From the NCBI GenBank assembly GCA_035283265.1, contig DATEUD010000049.1, positions 1 to 60,778 on the forward strand: a stretch of 60,778 nucleotides of DNA, written 5' to 3'. Shown one piece after another: positions 20,144 through 30,021 of this stretch (the stretch's first letter is position 1; each line of letters starts with the position of its first letter). A program made the translations under genes and the position numbers. The notes below the pieces were generated by a model that worked only from the letters and a program-made list of their open reading frames with translations, ran no database searches and was not told where the DNA came from. This stretch comes from Nitrososphaera sp. (lineage in GTDB: Archaea; Thermoproteota; Nitrososphaeria; Nitrososphaerales; Nitrososphaeraceae).

Positions 20144-20687
20144 GTATTGTTTGCTAGGGGGATACAGCGATAAAAGGACAGCTGACGATTATGAGTTATA
20201 AGCTCTTCCAAGTAAAACCGTCAAAGACTTTGATGATAAAAGTATTAACATTTTGCTGACACCACCGGAAAGTTGCACTTTGTTCTCTATAGAGACTGTT
20301 CCTATTTGGCCTTTCTCACGAAGTTAGCGGGCAAGCAACAAACAGGAAAACCGCCTGAGTTAGCAGTATCAACGATAAGGTGCTTCAGAGGTAACAAATA
20401 ATTAACAGAAATGCTAACGATACTGTCACATTATCTGTCGGATGATGATCTTCCTATACACTTTAGACGTCAGTTTGATTCGCTCGGAGAACAAACCAAT
20501 TTAAGTTGTATACGAGCAGGGTATACAACCCGCCATTTGACGAGGCAATATAAGAAGAGTGATGGATTAGGGTTGAGTTCTGGACAAATATGCTGATTGA
20601 GGCTGCTACCATGAAATTTCTCACTATTAGATGAGAGAAAGTTGACTCCCGATGCTAAGTATCAATTAGGAATCATCTCAGCACAAG

Positions 20688-20900
20688 ATGTCAGCAATAT
20701 CTTCACTTCACAACAACACGCGGGGCAACTTTACGACAGGCCAGAGCTGGGGCGCATTGAGGAAGGCATGGAAAGGATATCGAATAGCCAAAGTACAAGG
20801 AGATAACGTCAGGATGAGAGAATACGCCACCAAGATCAGAAAGATTCAGGGCGAACTTGGCATAAGCGTTGCTTCATTCCCGCACTTAGGCATTGCTTGA
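20688..20900 (+). CDS. Small basic protein, copy B (70 aa)
   Basis: Paralog of 2853..3065. Confidence 0.85.
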   Translation: MSAISSLHNNTRGNFTTGQSWGALRKAWKGYRIAKVQGDNVRMREYATKIRKIQGELGISVASFPHLGIA

Positions 20901-21529
20901 ATGTGGGCTGTTTTTTTATTTTTGGATTTTCAAATCTGCATTAGATAGCCAATTTTTGGATATGGTATCTTCCGCCGATAACTTTGCTAAATTAAAAAGT
21001 GCTATGGCCAAAAGTAAATGAGCATGCAGGCAAGCCAAACTCGGCATTGGAGTTGCCAGGGTCAAATTTACTGCAGGTAGGCATCGGCTCTATGAGCTAA
21101 TACTAACCTCATGGCTTATTGCTATAATCTGCCTTAATTAGGTTTCAGCCTAATCGTTATCTCAATTCTAAGAAGAGGCCCAATAATCATTTGACAAAGA
21201 TCTGAGAATTTGTAGTACACTCTTGTCAGAGGATTGCGGTGTCTATAGCCGAGAGCATGATTGGGCCTTTCAAATCTCTGGTACAATTTGTCGTATGACA
21301 AGGTTCTGATGTAGTATGAAAATTGAGTGAGAGTGATTTGATTTAACAGGGACATCTAATTACATTTTTTCAGCTAACCTTATTTGATGACAAGCTTAAT
21401 TTTGTGATCCATATGCTCAATTCGAAGTATTAAAGCCTAAGATTCGATGCCGAATACTAGTTAACAATAGGTCGATAACTGCGCAGGCTCTTCTTAGATG
21501 ACCACTTTGACTGAATTGCCAATAAGCTA

Positions 21530-22108
21530 TCAATCACGAAGAGCCATACTTTGCAGTTTTTTTACTTCTGTCAGCAGGTCTATGAGTTGAGGATTTGTAA
21601 CGTTAAAGTCTCTCAGCTCCCTTACCCTCACATTCAGCCTCTCTAATTGCTCGTATAATACTTTATCCTCTACAGAATCAACGAAATACTCAAGATCAAA
21701 AGGTTTTTGCAATAGTTCAACTATCTTGTGCAGACTCTTTACTGCCTCTGTTAAGGTCTGTATAGTGTATGCAGATGCAAACATGATCCTTTGGTTGGGG
21801 CATAAATCTAATATCGCTTGTGCAGTCTCCAATCCATCTTTCTTTGGCATCTTGTAGTCGAGTACGACAATATCAAATGGCGGGTGAGTCTCGTGGATGA
21901 ATGATACTATATCCCTTGTATCGAAGCTATCGATAGAAGCGGCACTTGTTGCTAATGAATGATCGCTGGTTGATAAGAGAGAATTCATGTATACCTTGAG
22001 ACATTCTTCACCATTATCTGTTATTGTGACCTCATGACCTCTTTCCTCTAACACTATTTGATACTGCATCGAAATAGCATATTCATCCTCGGCAATTAGT
22101 ATCCTCAT
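21530..22108 (-). CDS. Response regulator (receiver domain plus C-terminal extension)
   Basis: ILIAEDE, LDYKMPKKDGL, FASA, KPF. Confidence 0.9.
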   Translation of the reverse strand: MRILIAEDEYAISMQYQIVLEERGHEVTITDNGEECLKVYMNSLLSTSDHSLATSAASIDSFDTRDIVSFIHETHPPFDIVVLDYKMPKKDGLETAQAILDLCPNQRIMFASAYTIQTLTEAVKSLHKIVELLQKPFDLEYFVDSVEDKVLYEQLERLNVRVRELRDFNVTNPQLIDLLTEVKKLQSMALRD

Positions 22109-22291
22109 TGGCCGTAGTAGATTAAGGAATAGTTCCTTGTAATACTGTGTAAGTAGTATTTTGTTCCATACAGCCGAGATGCATTCTTCAATCTACAAGC
22201 CGCCCAAAGCTTTATTTCTATTCCTCCTTTGCGCATTGCTCATGTATCGTATCTTAACGCTCAAATACCGTGTTGGTTGCTATAAAAGTAG

Positions 22292-23125
22292 ATGGAGTCG
22301 CCGGCAACAAGCAAATTTAGTCAGGAGGAGATAATCTACCTTGACTGGAACAACGCCCTTGACATACTAGAGAAAGCGCACAGCTCGGGCCTCTTTGTCC
22401 TGATAATCGGCCCAAAGGGCACCGGCAAGACCACGCTTGTACGCAAATTTGCTTCCCAGATGAAAAAGGATCTCGATTCCGTCAATTTTTCGCTCCGCAC
22501 AAGAGAGTCGCACCTTGTGGGGTCGAGGACTCTTGACAAGGGCGAGATAAGCTTTGTCGAAGGCGTGCTTGTAAAGTCGATGCGCAGCGGCACAATACTC
22601 TACCTTGACGAGCTGAACGCCGCAGAAGCAGACGTGCTGCTCAGGCTCGACGAAGCGCTCGACGACAGAAAGCAGCTCGTGCTCAAGGAAGCGGAAGGGC
22701 AGGTTGTAAAAGCGGCCGACGACTGGTTCGTGATAGCAACAATCAACCCGCTGTCGCACGTCGGCACAAAAGAGCTGCCGCCGCAGCTGCTGAGCAGGTT
22801 CCCGGTGAGGATGAGGCTTGAATACCCGCCGGAAGAAGTCGAGTTTGACATCGTCCGCCGGCATGTAACAATAGACGAGTCAAAGGTCAAGGACGTAAAG
22901 CACGCAATCCAGCTGGCAAAGAACCTGCGCGAAGCGGCGGCAGTCGAAGAACTGTACTACAGCCCGTCGCTGCGCGAAACGATAGCGTTTGCCAAGATGC
23001 TCAACACCGGGCTTGCGGGTCGCCGAACCGCCGAAGTCATCTATGCCAACGCGTACGACCAGTGGGGGCAGGTCGAGTACCAGAAGGTAATGGACATGAT
23101 AACGTCGATCTTTGGCGACAAATAA
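22292..23125 (+). CDS. MoxR-type AAA+ ATPase (CbbQ/NirQ/NorQ/GvpN family)
   Basis: GPKGTGKT, YLDELN, ATINP, LLSRF, SLRE. Confidence 0.9.
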   Translation: MESPATSKFSQEEIIYLDWNNALDILEKAHSSGLFVLIIGPKGTGKTTLVRKFASQMKKDLDSVNFSLRTRESHLVGSRTLDKGEISFVEGVLVKSMRSGTILYLDELNAAEADVLLRLDEALDDRKQLVLKEAEGQVVKAADDWFVIATINPLSHVGTKELPPQLLSRFPVRMRLEYPPEEVEFDIVRRHVTIDESKVKDVKHAIQLAKNLREAAAVEELYYSPSLRETIAFAKMLNTGLAGRRTAEVIYANAYDQWGQVEYQKVMDMITSIFGDK

Positions 23126-24705
23126 TGGCGAAGATTGCCACCTCCATAATGCGAAACGACGTCCTGCTTGACATTGCAACTTTTCTTGCCAGAAGGTGGT
23201 CCGGTCACGCCAAGGCAGTCATCATCTTGATGCCGGACAGGGTCCCGACGGCCAAGCCGGACAAGAACCAGATAGTTCTTCCGCTGCTGAACTACTACCC
23301 GGGCACCGACTTTCAGAAATATCGACAGTGGCGCGCCGCCCTATGGTACGAATCAATGAGGATGAAGCACTCTACAAAGGTGCTGAGCTACGAGCACGCC
23401 TTTGGCTTTTTGCTCAACACGCTTGAAACAAAGAGGATCGAGATCCTCGGCCTGCGCGAATGGGAGGGGATGGAGAGCGATCTCGTGTTCAATGAAGGCA
23501 TTTCGTGGATGTCGCGCCAACTGCTCAATTCGATTTACGGCCGGTACAAGATAGCGGAGGCGTTTTCGCAGTACTTCCTCACCGGCTACCTGAAAGGCGA
23601 GCTCTTTGGAGGCGAGTTTGAAAAGGTGAATAAAGCTACCAACTATGCAAACGAGATCGTAAAGGAAGCCATAGATGACAACCACAGCACCGAGTGGGTG
23701 GAACAGCACATTCCAAAACTGACCAAGATGCTCGAGCTTGACCCACTTGTTTCGATCCCCGTTCTGGCGCCAAGGACAAGGGTCGGCGCGTCGCTCAGCC
23801 AAAGCGACCTGCTCAAGCAGGTGGAAAAAGTAGTGAAGATGCGGCACAAAAAAGAAAAAGTGGAGGAAAAGACAAAGGAGATCTACGAAGGCCACGATGT
23901 GTTCCGCGAGTTTGAGACCCTTGTCAAGGAGAGCAAAAAGACAGAGAACAAGGGCTACGAATCCTTAGAAGACTTTGGGCTGAGCGTGCCAGACAAGATG
24001 GACGTCGACGAGACGCAAATCTACGACATTGATTTGATACGGAAGGTCAAGGCCGCCTTCCGGGACTGGAAAACCGGGTGGGTCGAGCGGCACGAAGAGG
24101 CCGGCGACGAGTTTGACGTTGAAAGCTACGTCGAGGCGCTGCCCAAGACATTCCTCAGCGATTTCAAATTGTCGATCAAGACCAAGGTCGCGATACTGCT
24201 CGACCATTCAAGCAGCATAGCAGACGTTGAGCTAGAATACAAACAGGCGACGATCGCACTCTGCGAAGCGCTGGACTACCTTGGGATCAAGTTTGCAGTC
24301 TATGCGTTCAGCACCGACAAGCGGCAGGTAAAGTGCTGGGTCGTCAAGCCGCCAAACATAAAGTGGTCGGTGGTGTGCTCTCGGCGCCTCGCGCAGATCA
24401 GGGCGAGCGGCGGCACGCCCCTAGCAGAGGTCTATGGCCTGCTCGAGCCGGTGCTCAAATCGTTCAAGCCAGACATACTTGTCACGCTGACAGACGGCGA
24501 GCCTTCAGACTTTGACGCGGTAAGGACGATGGTGCTCTCGTACAGAAAGATGGGCATCAGGATGGTGGCAATAGGGGTGGGCCGGAACGTCAACGACTCT
24601 GTCGGCATAGGCCACAACCTGAAATACCTCAACTACGAAAAGGCGATCGCTGTCAGCAGGCTGCAGGACATCCCCAAAAGGGTGATCAAGCTTCTTAGAT
24701 CGTAA
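23125..24705 (+). CDS. vWA-domain partner protein (CbbO/NorD-like)
   Basis: MIDAS DHSSS, GGTP, TDGEP; coupled to the ATPase by a TAATG overlap. Confidence 0.88.
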   Translation: MAKIATSIMRNDVLLDIATFLARRWSGHAKAVIILMPDRVPTAKPDKNQIVLPLLNYYPGTDFQKYRQWRAALWYESMRMKHSTKVLSYEHAFGFLLNTLETKRIEILGLREWEGMESDLVFNEGISWMSRQLLNSIYGRYKIAEAFSQYFLTGYLKGELFGGEFEKVNKATNYANEIVKEAIDDNHSTEWVEQHIPKLTKMLELDPLVSIPVLAPRTRVGASLSQSDLLKQVEKVVKMRHKKEKVEEKTKEIYEGHDVFREFETLVKESKKTENKGYESLEDFGLSVPDKMDVDETQIYDIDLIRKVKAAFRDWKTGWVERHEEAGDEFDVESYVEALPKTFLSDFKLSIKTKVAILLDHSSSIADVELEYKQATIALCEALDYLGIKFAVYAFSTDKRQVKCWVVKPPNIKWSVVCSRRLAQIRASGGTPLAEVYGLLEPVLKSFKPDILVTLTDGEPSDFDAVRTMVLSYRKMGIRMVAIGVGRNVNDSVGIGHNLKYLNYEKAIAVSRLQDIPKRVIKLLRS

Positions 24706-25360
24706 GGTTGGGATTTTCCTTCTTCACTTTTTCCCAGTCGCTCAGGAACCCGGCAAGCCCCTTGTCAGTCAGTGGATGCGTCAACATCTTGCCCAGTATT
24801 TCTGGCGGCAGCGTGACTACGTGGGCGCCGATCTTGCCCGCGTCGATTACATGCAGCGGATGCCGGATGCTTGCAACAAGCACGTTTGTGTCAAACTGGT
24901 AGTTCTTGAAAATCTGCACGATTTCCCTGATGACTGCCATACCTTCCTGCCCTGCGTCGTCCAGCCTGCCGATGAACGGGCTAACGTAAGCGGCGCCGGC
25001 CTTTGCAGCCAGGATTGCCTGGTTTGCTGAAAATATCAGAGTCACGTTCGTCTGGATGCCTTCCTCTTTTAATTTCTTGACGGCCTTTAGGCCGTCCGGG
25101 ATCATTGGGATCTTTACCACTACGTTTTGCCCGTACTTTTTTAGCCTGTGGGCCTCCTCGATCATTTCCGCCGTGGTGGTGCCGACGACTTCGAGGCTCA
25201 CCGGCCCCTTGGCTATTTTTACAATCTGGCGCATGATCTCTGCCGGGTTGCCCTTCTCCTTCGACAATAATGTCGGGTTTGTTGTTATGCCATCTACAAG
25301 CCCCATGTCATTGTATTTCTTGATCGATTCAACGTTTGCAGTGTCGAGGAAGATCTTCAT
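24695..25360 (-). CDS. tal: Transaldolase (FSA/TalC type)
   Basis: FLDTAN, GITTNP, VVKIP, SPFIGRLDD. Confidence 0.95.
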   Translation of the reverse strand: MKIFLDTANVESIKKYNDMGLVDGITTNPTLLSKEKGNPAEIMRQIVKIAKGPVSLEVVGTTTAEMIEEAHRLKKYGQNVVVKIPMIPDGLKAVKKLKEEGIQTNVTLIFSANQAILAAKAGAAYVSPFIGRLDDAGQEGMAVIREIVQIFKNYQFDTNVLVASIRHPLHVIDAGKIGAHVVTLPPEILGKMLTHPLTDKGLAGFLSDWEKVKKENPNLTI

Positions 25361-26328
25361 TTTCTGCTCCTGCTCCTTGCTTCAAGCACTGCCTTCGCTA
25401 TTTCTGTTGCGGTCAGGCCGTACTTCTCTAGCAGCGTATCTATCTCTTCGTCGCGGGCAGACTCGCCAAATGTGTCATGCACTCCCACGCGCCTTACAGG
25501 AACTGGATGGTGCTCAACCACTACTTCAGATACTGCACCCCCAAGGCCGCCAATAATGTTGTGCTCCTCTGCTGTGACTATGGCGCCTGTCTCCTTAGCA
25601 CACTTTACGACCAATTGCTTGTCAATCGGCTTTATCGAAAACATGTCGACCACCCTGCAGGAAACGCCGTTCCTGCGGAGCTCCTCAGCCGCTTCGCGTG
25701 CCCTTCCGACCATCAGGCCGCAAGCAATTATCGTCGCGTCAGAGCCGTCCTCAAGTACATTGCCCCTGCCAACCTCAAACGACTCTGCGTGGTCGGCGTA
25801 TATCACTTCGCTTGAGGGCCTTGCAAGGCGCATGTAAAACGGGCCGGGCGTGCGCGCTATTGTCTTTATCAAGTGTTTGACTGCAACGGCGTCCGCCGGA
25901 ATTATGACCCTCATGTTGGGTATGGCCCTCATACTTGCAAAGTCCTCTAACTGCTGGTGAGTGGCACCGTCGGGCCCTACCGTGAGGCCGCCGTGGGAAA
26001 CAACCAGCTTGACGTTGAGGCTGGGGTAGCAAATGGTGTTGCGGATCTGGTCGATGCACCTGCCGGGGATGAACGCTGCATAGGTGCTGGCAAACGCAAT
26101 CTTGCCGGCTATTGAAAGGCCGGCAGCCACCGAGACTAGGTTGGCTTCTGCGATCCCGACGTTGAACATCCGCTCGGGATACTTGTCGCCAAATTTTTTT
26201 GTCTTGAGAGAGTCGGTCGTGTCACCTCCTACGCAGACGATGCGGGGGTCGTCCCTTCCAAGCTCCACGAGGGTATCGCCGTAGGTGCCTCTCATGTCCG
26301 CGGTTTTTTTCTCGCTACTTAGTAACAT
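25357..26328 (-). CDS. Transketolase C-terminal subunit
   Basis: GIAEANL, GPDGATHQ, EEHNIIGGLG. Confidence 0.95.
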   Translation of the reverse strand: MLLSSEKKTADMRGTYGDTLVELGRDDPRIVCVGGDTTDSLKTKKFGDKYPERMFNVGIAEANLVSVAAGLSIAGKIAFASTYAAFIPGRCIDQIRNTICYPSLNVKLVVSHGGLTVGPDGATHQQLEDFASMRAIPNMRVIIPADAVAVKHLIKTIARTPGPFYMRLARPSSEVIYADHAESFEVGRGNVLEDGSDATIIACGLMVGRAREAAEELRRNGVSCRVVDMFSIKPIDKQLVVKCAKETGAIVTAEEHNIIGGLGGAVSEVVVEHHPVPVRRVGVHDTFGESARDEEIDTLLEKYGLTATEIAKAVLEARSRSRK

Positions 26329-27964
26329 GGAGCTCTTCCTCTATTCCAAGCTCATTTGCATATGGAATCAATATATGTTTGCGGGCTTTCATCCAGTCAG
26401 GCCTGATGTTGAGTTGCGTCGCGTGGTTGAGAAGCCTTTTTTCTAGCGCAACTGCCGCCTTGTGCCTCAGCTGTATAACCGAGCCGTGTATGTCCCCGCC
26501 ACCATAAACTGCAGCGCCAGCCACAAAAATCCGGGCGCCGGCATCGTACGACTGCTGGAGCGTTATCGCGTCGATGCCGCCGTCGGCCTCGACGTATCCC
26601 TTAAAGCCGTGCTTCCTGAGCTCCTTGTTGAGCGCCACCATCTTTGGCAGCACTTCGGGCATGAATTTCTGGCCCGCAAAGCCGGGGTTGACCGACATGA
26701 CGATGATGACGTCAAGGTCGTGCAGGCAGTAGTAGAGCCATTTTGGCACATCGGTCCCGGGGTTGATGGCGATGCCGGGGCTGATACCGGCGTCAACAAG
26801 TCTTTCCTGAATTTCGCGGAATTCATTTTCTGTGCAAGCTTCGGCGTGCACGGTGATAATGTCGCATCTTGCATCAATGTATTCCTGTATCTGCTCGAGA
26901 GGCTTTTCAATCATCAGGTGAGCGTCAAACGGCAGGCTGGTAGTGGGCCTCAATTTCTTGATAGTGTCAGCAAAGAACGTGGTGTTTGGAACGAACCGGC
27001 CGTCCATCACGTCCAGGTGGATCATGTCGACTCCTTCCCGCTCAACCTTCCTTATCTTGTCCTCATAATTCTCCCGCTCGCCGGCGATAATGGAGGGCGC
27101 GATCAGGCATTCGCTCTCAAGCTCCTCCAACAGCACTTCAGTGTGCCTCTTGGGCGGCGCTTTTCCATGCCACTGAGGGTTGTTTGCCATATGGCGTATG
27201 CCATTGCCCTTGATGGTGTTGGCGATTATCATCACAGGCTTGTCGTGCACCTGTGCGGCCTTGTTGAGCGCGTCGACTATTTGTTCGACCCTGTGGCCGT
27301 CCACTTCAAATACTTGCCAGTTGAACGCCGCCCACTTGTCCTTTGTCGGGTCAAGTGGCATGATGTCCTCAGTAAAGCCATCCTGCTGGATGCGGTTGCG
27401 GTCAAGTATCGCAACCAGATTGTCGAGCTTGAATTTCCCGGCAGCCATCGACGCCTCCCAAATCTGGCCCTCGTTTGACTCGCCGTCACCAATTAAGACG
27501 TAGACTTTGTTTCTCTTGTTCTTTTCACTATCGAGCTTTCTGGCAAGCGCTATGCCTATTCCAACTGAAAGCCCAATACCCTCCGAGCCGCCCGAGTACT
27601 CGATGCCCGGCACGCTGTGGTGCTTCTGATGCTCAGAGTACCTGACTGGATGACCCTGCAACCGGGATCCCAACTTTCGCAGAGTCTTGATCTCCTCAGG
27701 TGGAAAGTAGCCGGCGACTGCAAGCGTCGAATAAAAGCCCGGCGCCGAATGCGCCTTTGAATTGATGAAATAGTCGCGGTCTTCCCAGCCAGGATTTGAA
27801 GGGTCGTGCTTCATCTTCCTGAAATACAGGGTGCCCATTATCTCGGCTGCCGAAAACGAAGCGCCGGGGTGGCCCGAGCCGGCCTCTGCGATACCCTGGA
27901 TGGCCCACATGCGCACGTCCCGGATCTTCCTTTTCAGATCAAGATATCGCATGTTAAAGCCCAT
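26315..27964 (-). CDS. Transketolase N-terminal subunit fused to ribulose-phosphate 3-epimerase
   Basis: SGHPG, LQGHP, GDGESNEG, WHGKAP, then IAPSI, HLDVMDGRFVPN, DAHLMI, MSVNPGFAGQKF, DGGI. Confidence 0.92.
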   Translation of the reverse strand: MGFNMRYLDLKRKIRDVRMWAIQGIAEAGSGHPGASFSAAEIMGTLYFRKMKHDPSNPGWEDRDYFINSKAHSAPGFYSTLAVAGYFPPEEIKTLRKLGSRLQGHPVRYSEHQKHHSVPGIEYSGGSEGIGLSVGIGIALARKLDSEKNKRNKVYVLIGDGESNEGQIWEASMAAGKFKLDNLVAILDRNRIQQDGFTEDIMPLDPTKDKWAAFNWQVFEVDGHRVEQIVDALNKAAQVHDKPVMIIANTIKGNGIRHMANNPQWHGKAPPKRHTEVLLEELESECLIAPSIIAGERENYEDKIRKVEREGVDMIHLDVMDGRFVPNTTFFADTIKKLRPTTSLPFDAHLMIEKPLEQIQEYIDARCDIITVHAEACTENEFREIQERLVDAGISPGIAINPGTDVPKWLYYCLHDLDVIIVMSVNPGFAGQKFMPEVLPKMVALNKELRKHGFKGYVEADGGIDAITLQQSYDAGARIFVAGAAVYGGGDIHGSVIQLRHKAAVALEKRLLNHATQLNIRPDWMKARKHILIPYANELGIEEELHVTK

Positions 27965-28068
27965 GTCTATCATCCCGCGTAAATTGCAAGACAAGAAAAA
28001 GCTCTTTGCAGGAAAATAAAAACATAGCTGCGCCCAAGCTTTAAAAGATTGGCAGGAGGATATTACAT

Positions 28069-28479
28069 GTGTCGCTATCGTCGATGTTTCAGCGGCCGCT
28101 TCTCATTTACGACGACAAGTGCTACTCGTGCGCCAAGTTTGCCAAAGTAGCGAGCACGCTTTCCCGGGGCTGGATAAGGGTCGCCGGGCACTATTATTCG
28201 CAGGAGGCAAAGGAAGCGAAAGAAATGATCTTTCCGCCCGGCTATGACGCGACAAAAATGTTCTGGCTGATCAACAAGAATGGTGCATACGGCGCGCGCT
28301 CGGGACTGCTGCCGGTCGTGCGCCAAATCATCGCCGGCATGTTCAGGGGCGGCAAGACCAGCGACATTGCTGCGGCATGTGAATACGACAGCACTTCAAT
28401 GTCGTGCTACACGCCAACCAACGTATTCAAAAGGCTGGCCGGCCTGCTCAGCCACGGCGCCAGGTTCCCGTTTGAATAG
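28069..28479 (+). CDS. DCC-family thiol-disulfide oxidoreductase-like protein (DUF393)
   Basis: LIYDDKCYSC (DxxCxxC). Confidence 0.7.
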   Translation: MSLSSMFQRPLLIYDDKCYSCAKFAKVASTLSRGWIRVAGHYYSQEAKEAKEMIFPPGYDATKMFWLINKNGAYGARSGLLPVVRQIIAGMFRGGKTSDIAAACEYDSTSMSCYTPTNVFKRLAGLLSHGARFPFE

Positions 28480-28509
28480 TTTAAAAGTTCCCCGTCTTGT
28501 CTTTACGTT

Positions 28510-30015
28510 ATGGTGCAGGTCAAAGTCGAGAAGACCAAGATAGACCAAAAGCAGACTTCGCTTCTGGTGATAGGCGTGTTTGAAGGCGATCAGGACTTTA
28601 CACAATCAAAAGAGCTCGACCCGGGGGTCTTTGCCTCAATCAAAGAGACCCTGGAGAACAAGGAGTTCAGCGGGAACTTTGGCTCGTCGATCCTTGTCTA
28701 CACACATGGTAAGGGGCCAATGAAAAAGATAATGCTGCTTGGCCTTGGCAAGAAGGAAAAATTCACGGACGAAAGCGCGCGCATCTGCGCCGGAAAGGCA
28801 GCGCAGAAAGCAAAAGAGCTGGGTGCAAAGGAATTTTCGGTTCTGCAATTTTCAAACCTTGACGAGGGGCTGATCGAGGCCATGACTGAGGGAGTGACGC
28901 TTGCGCTTTATTCTTTTGACAAGTACAAAGAAGCAAAGGAGCCGGCGACAAGAATCGATGAAGTCGCGATACTGATCAACTCTGATTCTCCAAAATTCCA
29001 GTCGATTGCAGACAAGGCCGGCCTCGTAGTAGAGGCAGTGAATTTTGCCCGCGACATTGGCAATCTGCCGCCAAACGACTTCGCGCCGGCCCAGCTCGCA
29101 AGCACGGCCCTCTCGCTTGCGCAGGAACACGGCATGAAGGCGCGCGTAATCGACCGCTACGAGCTGGAGAACATGGGGATGGGGGGAATCGTGGCAGTCG
29201 GCAAGGGGAGCAACAACCCGCCGAAATTGATAATCCTTGAATACAATGGCAACAGCGACCCGCAGCAGCAAAAGCCGTACCTGCTCGTTGGAAAGGCTGT
29301 CACGTTTGACACCGGCGGCATTTCGATAAAGCCCGGAGAAAAGATGGACGAAATGAAATTCGACAAGTGCGGCGGATGCACCGTCCTTGCAGTCATGCGG
29401 GCAGTCGCTTCGATGAAGCTGGCAGTCAACGTGGTAGGCATCGTGCCGTCGGTCGAGAACATGCCTTCTTCAACTTCCTACAGGCCGGGAGACATCATCA
29501 GGATGTACAACGGCAAGACGGTCGAGGTGCTCAATACCGACGCCGAGGGACGCATGATACTTGCTGACGCAATCGCCTACGGTATAGCCACCTACGGCCC
29601 AAAGGCAGTCATTGATTTGGCAACACTCACCGGGGCCGCCATAATCGCGCTAGGCTCAAACGTCGCTGCACTCGTCGGCACAAACAAGCAGCTGACAGAC
29701 AGGCTGCGCAAGCTTGCCGACAAGACCGGGGAAAAGATGTGGGAGCTTCCGCTCTACGACGAGTTCCACGATCAGATCAAGAGCGCCTACGCGGACATCA
29801 AGAACACCGGGGGCAGGCCCGGAGGCGCAATAACAGCTGCAGCATTCCTTTCCAATTTTGCCAACGGCGCGGCGTGGGTGCACATCGACATTGCCGGCAC
29901 CGCCTGGACGCAGGATGGGACGCATGAAAAGAGCTACAATCCGAAAGGCGCAACAGGCTTTGGCGTTAGGACGCTTGTGAAACTGCTGATGGAGGACGAA
30001 AAGCAGCCATCGTGA
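28510..30015 (+). CDS. pepA: Leucyl aminopeptidase (M17)
   Basis: GKAVTFDTGG, MKFDK, NTDAEGR, ATLTGA. Confidence 0.95.
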   Translation: MVQVKVEKTKIDQKQTSLLVIGVFEGDQDFTQSKELDPGVFASIKETLENKEFSGNFGSSILVYTHGKGPMKKIMLLGLGKKEKFTDESARICAGKAAQKAKELGAKEFSVLQFSNLDEGLIEAMTEGVTLALYSFDKYKEAKEPATRIDEVAILINSDSPKFQSIADKAGLVVEAVNFARDIGNLPPNDFAPAQLASTALSLAQEHGMKARVIDRYELENMGMGGIVAVGKGSNNPPKLIILEYNGNSDPQQQKPYLLVGKAVTFDTGGISIKPGEKMDEMKFDKCGGCTVLAVMRAVASMKLAVNVVGIVPSVENMPSSTSYRPGDIIRMYNGKTVEVLNTDAEGRMILADAIAYGIATYGPKAVIDLATLTGAAIIALGSNVAALVGTNKQLTDRLRKLADKTGEKMWELPLYDEFHDQIKSAYADIKNTGGRPGGAITAAAFLSNFANGAAWVHIDIAGTAWTQDGTHEKSYNPKGATGFGVRTLVKLLMEDEKQPS

Positions 30016-30021
30016 TGCAGC

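Noticed and set aside
21134-21355. 73-aa minus-strand ORF
   Set aside because: No supporting motif or context
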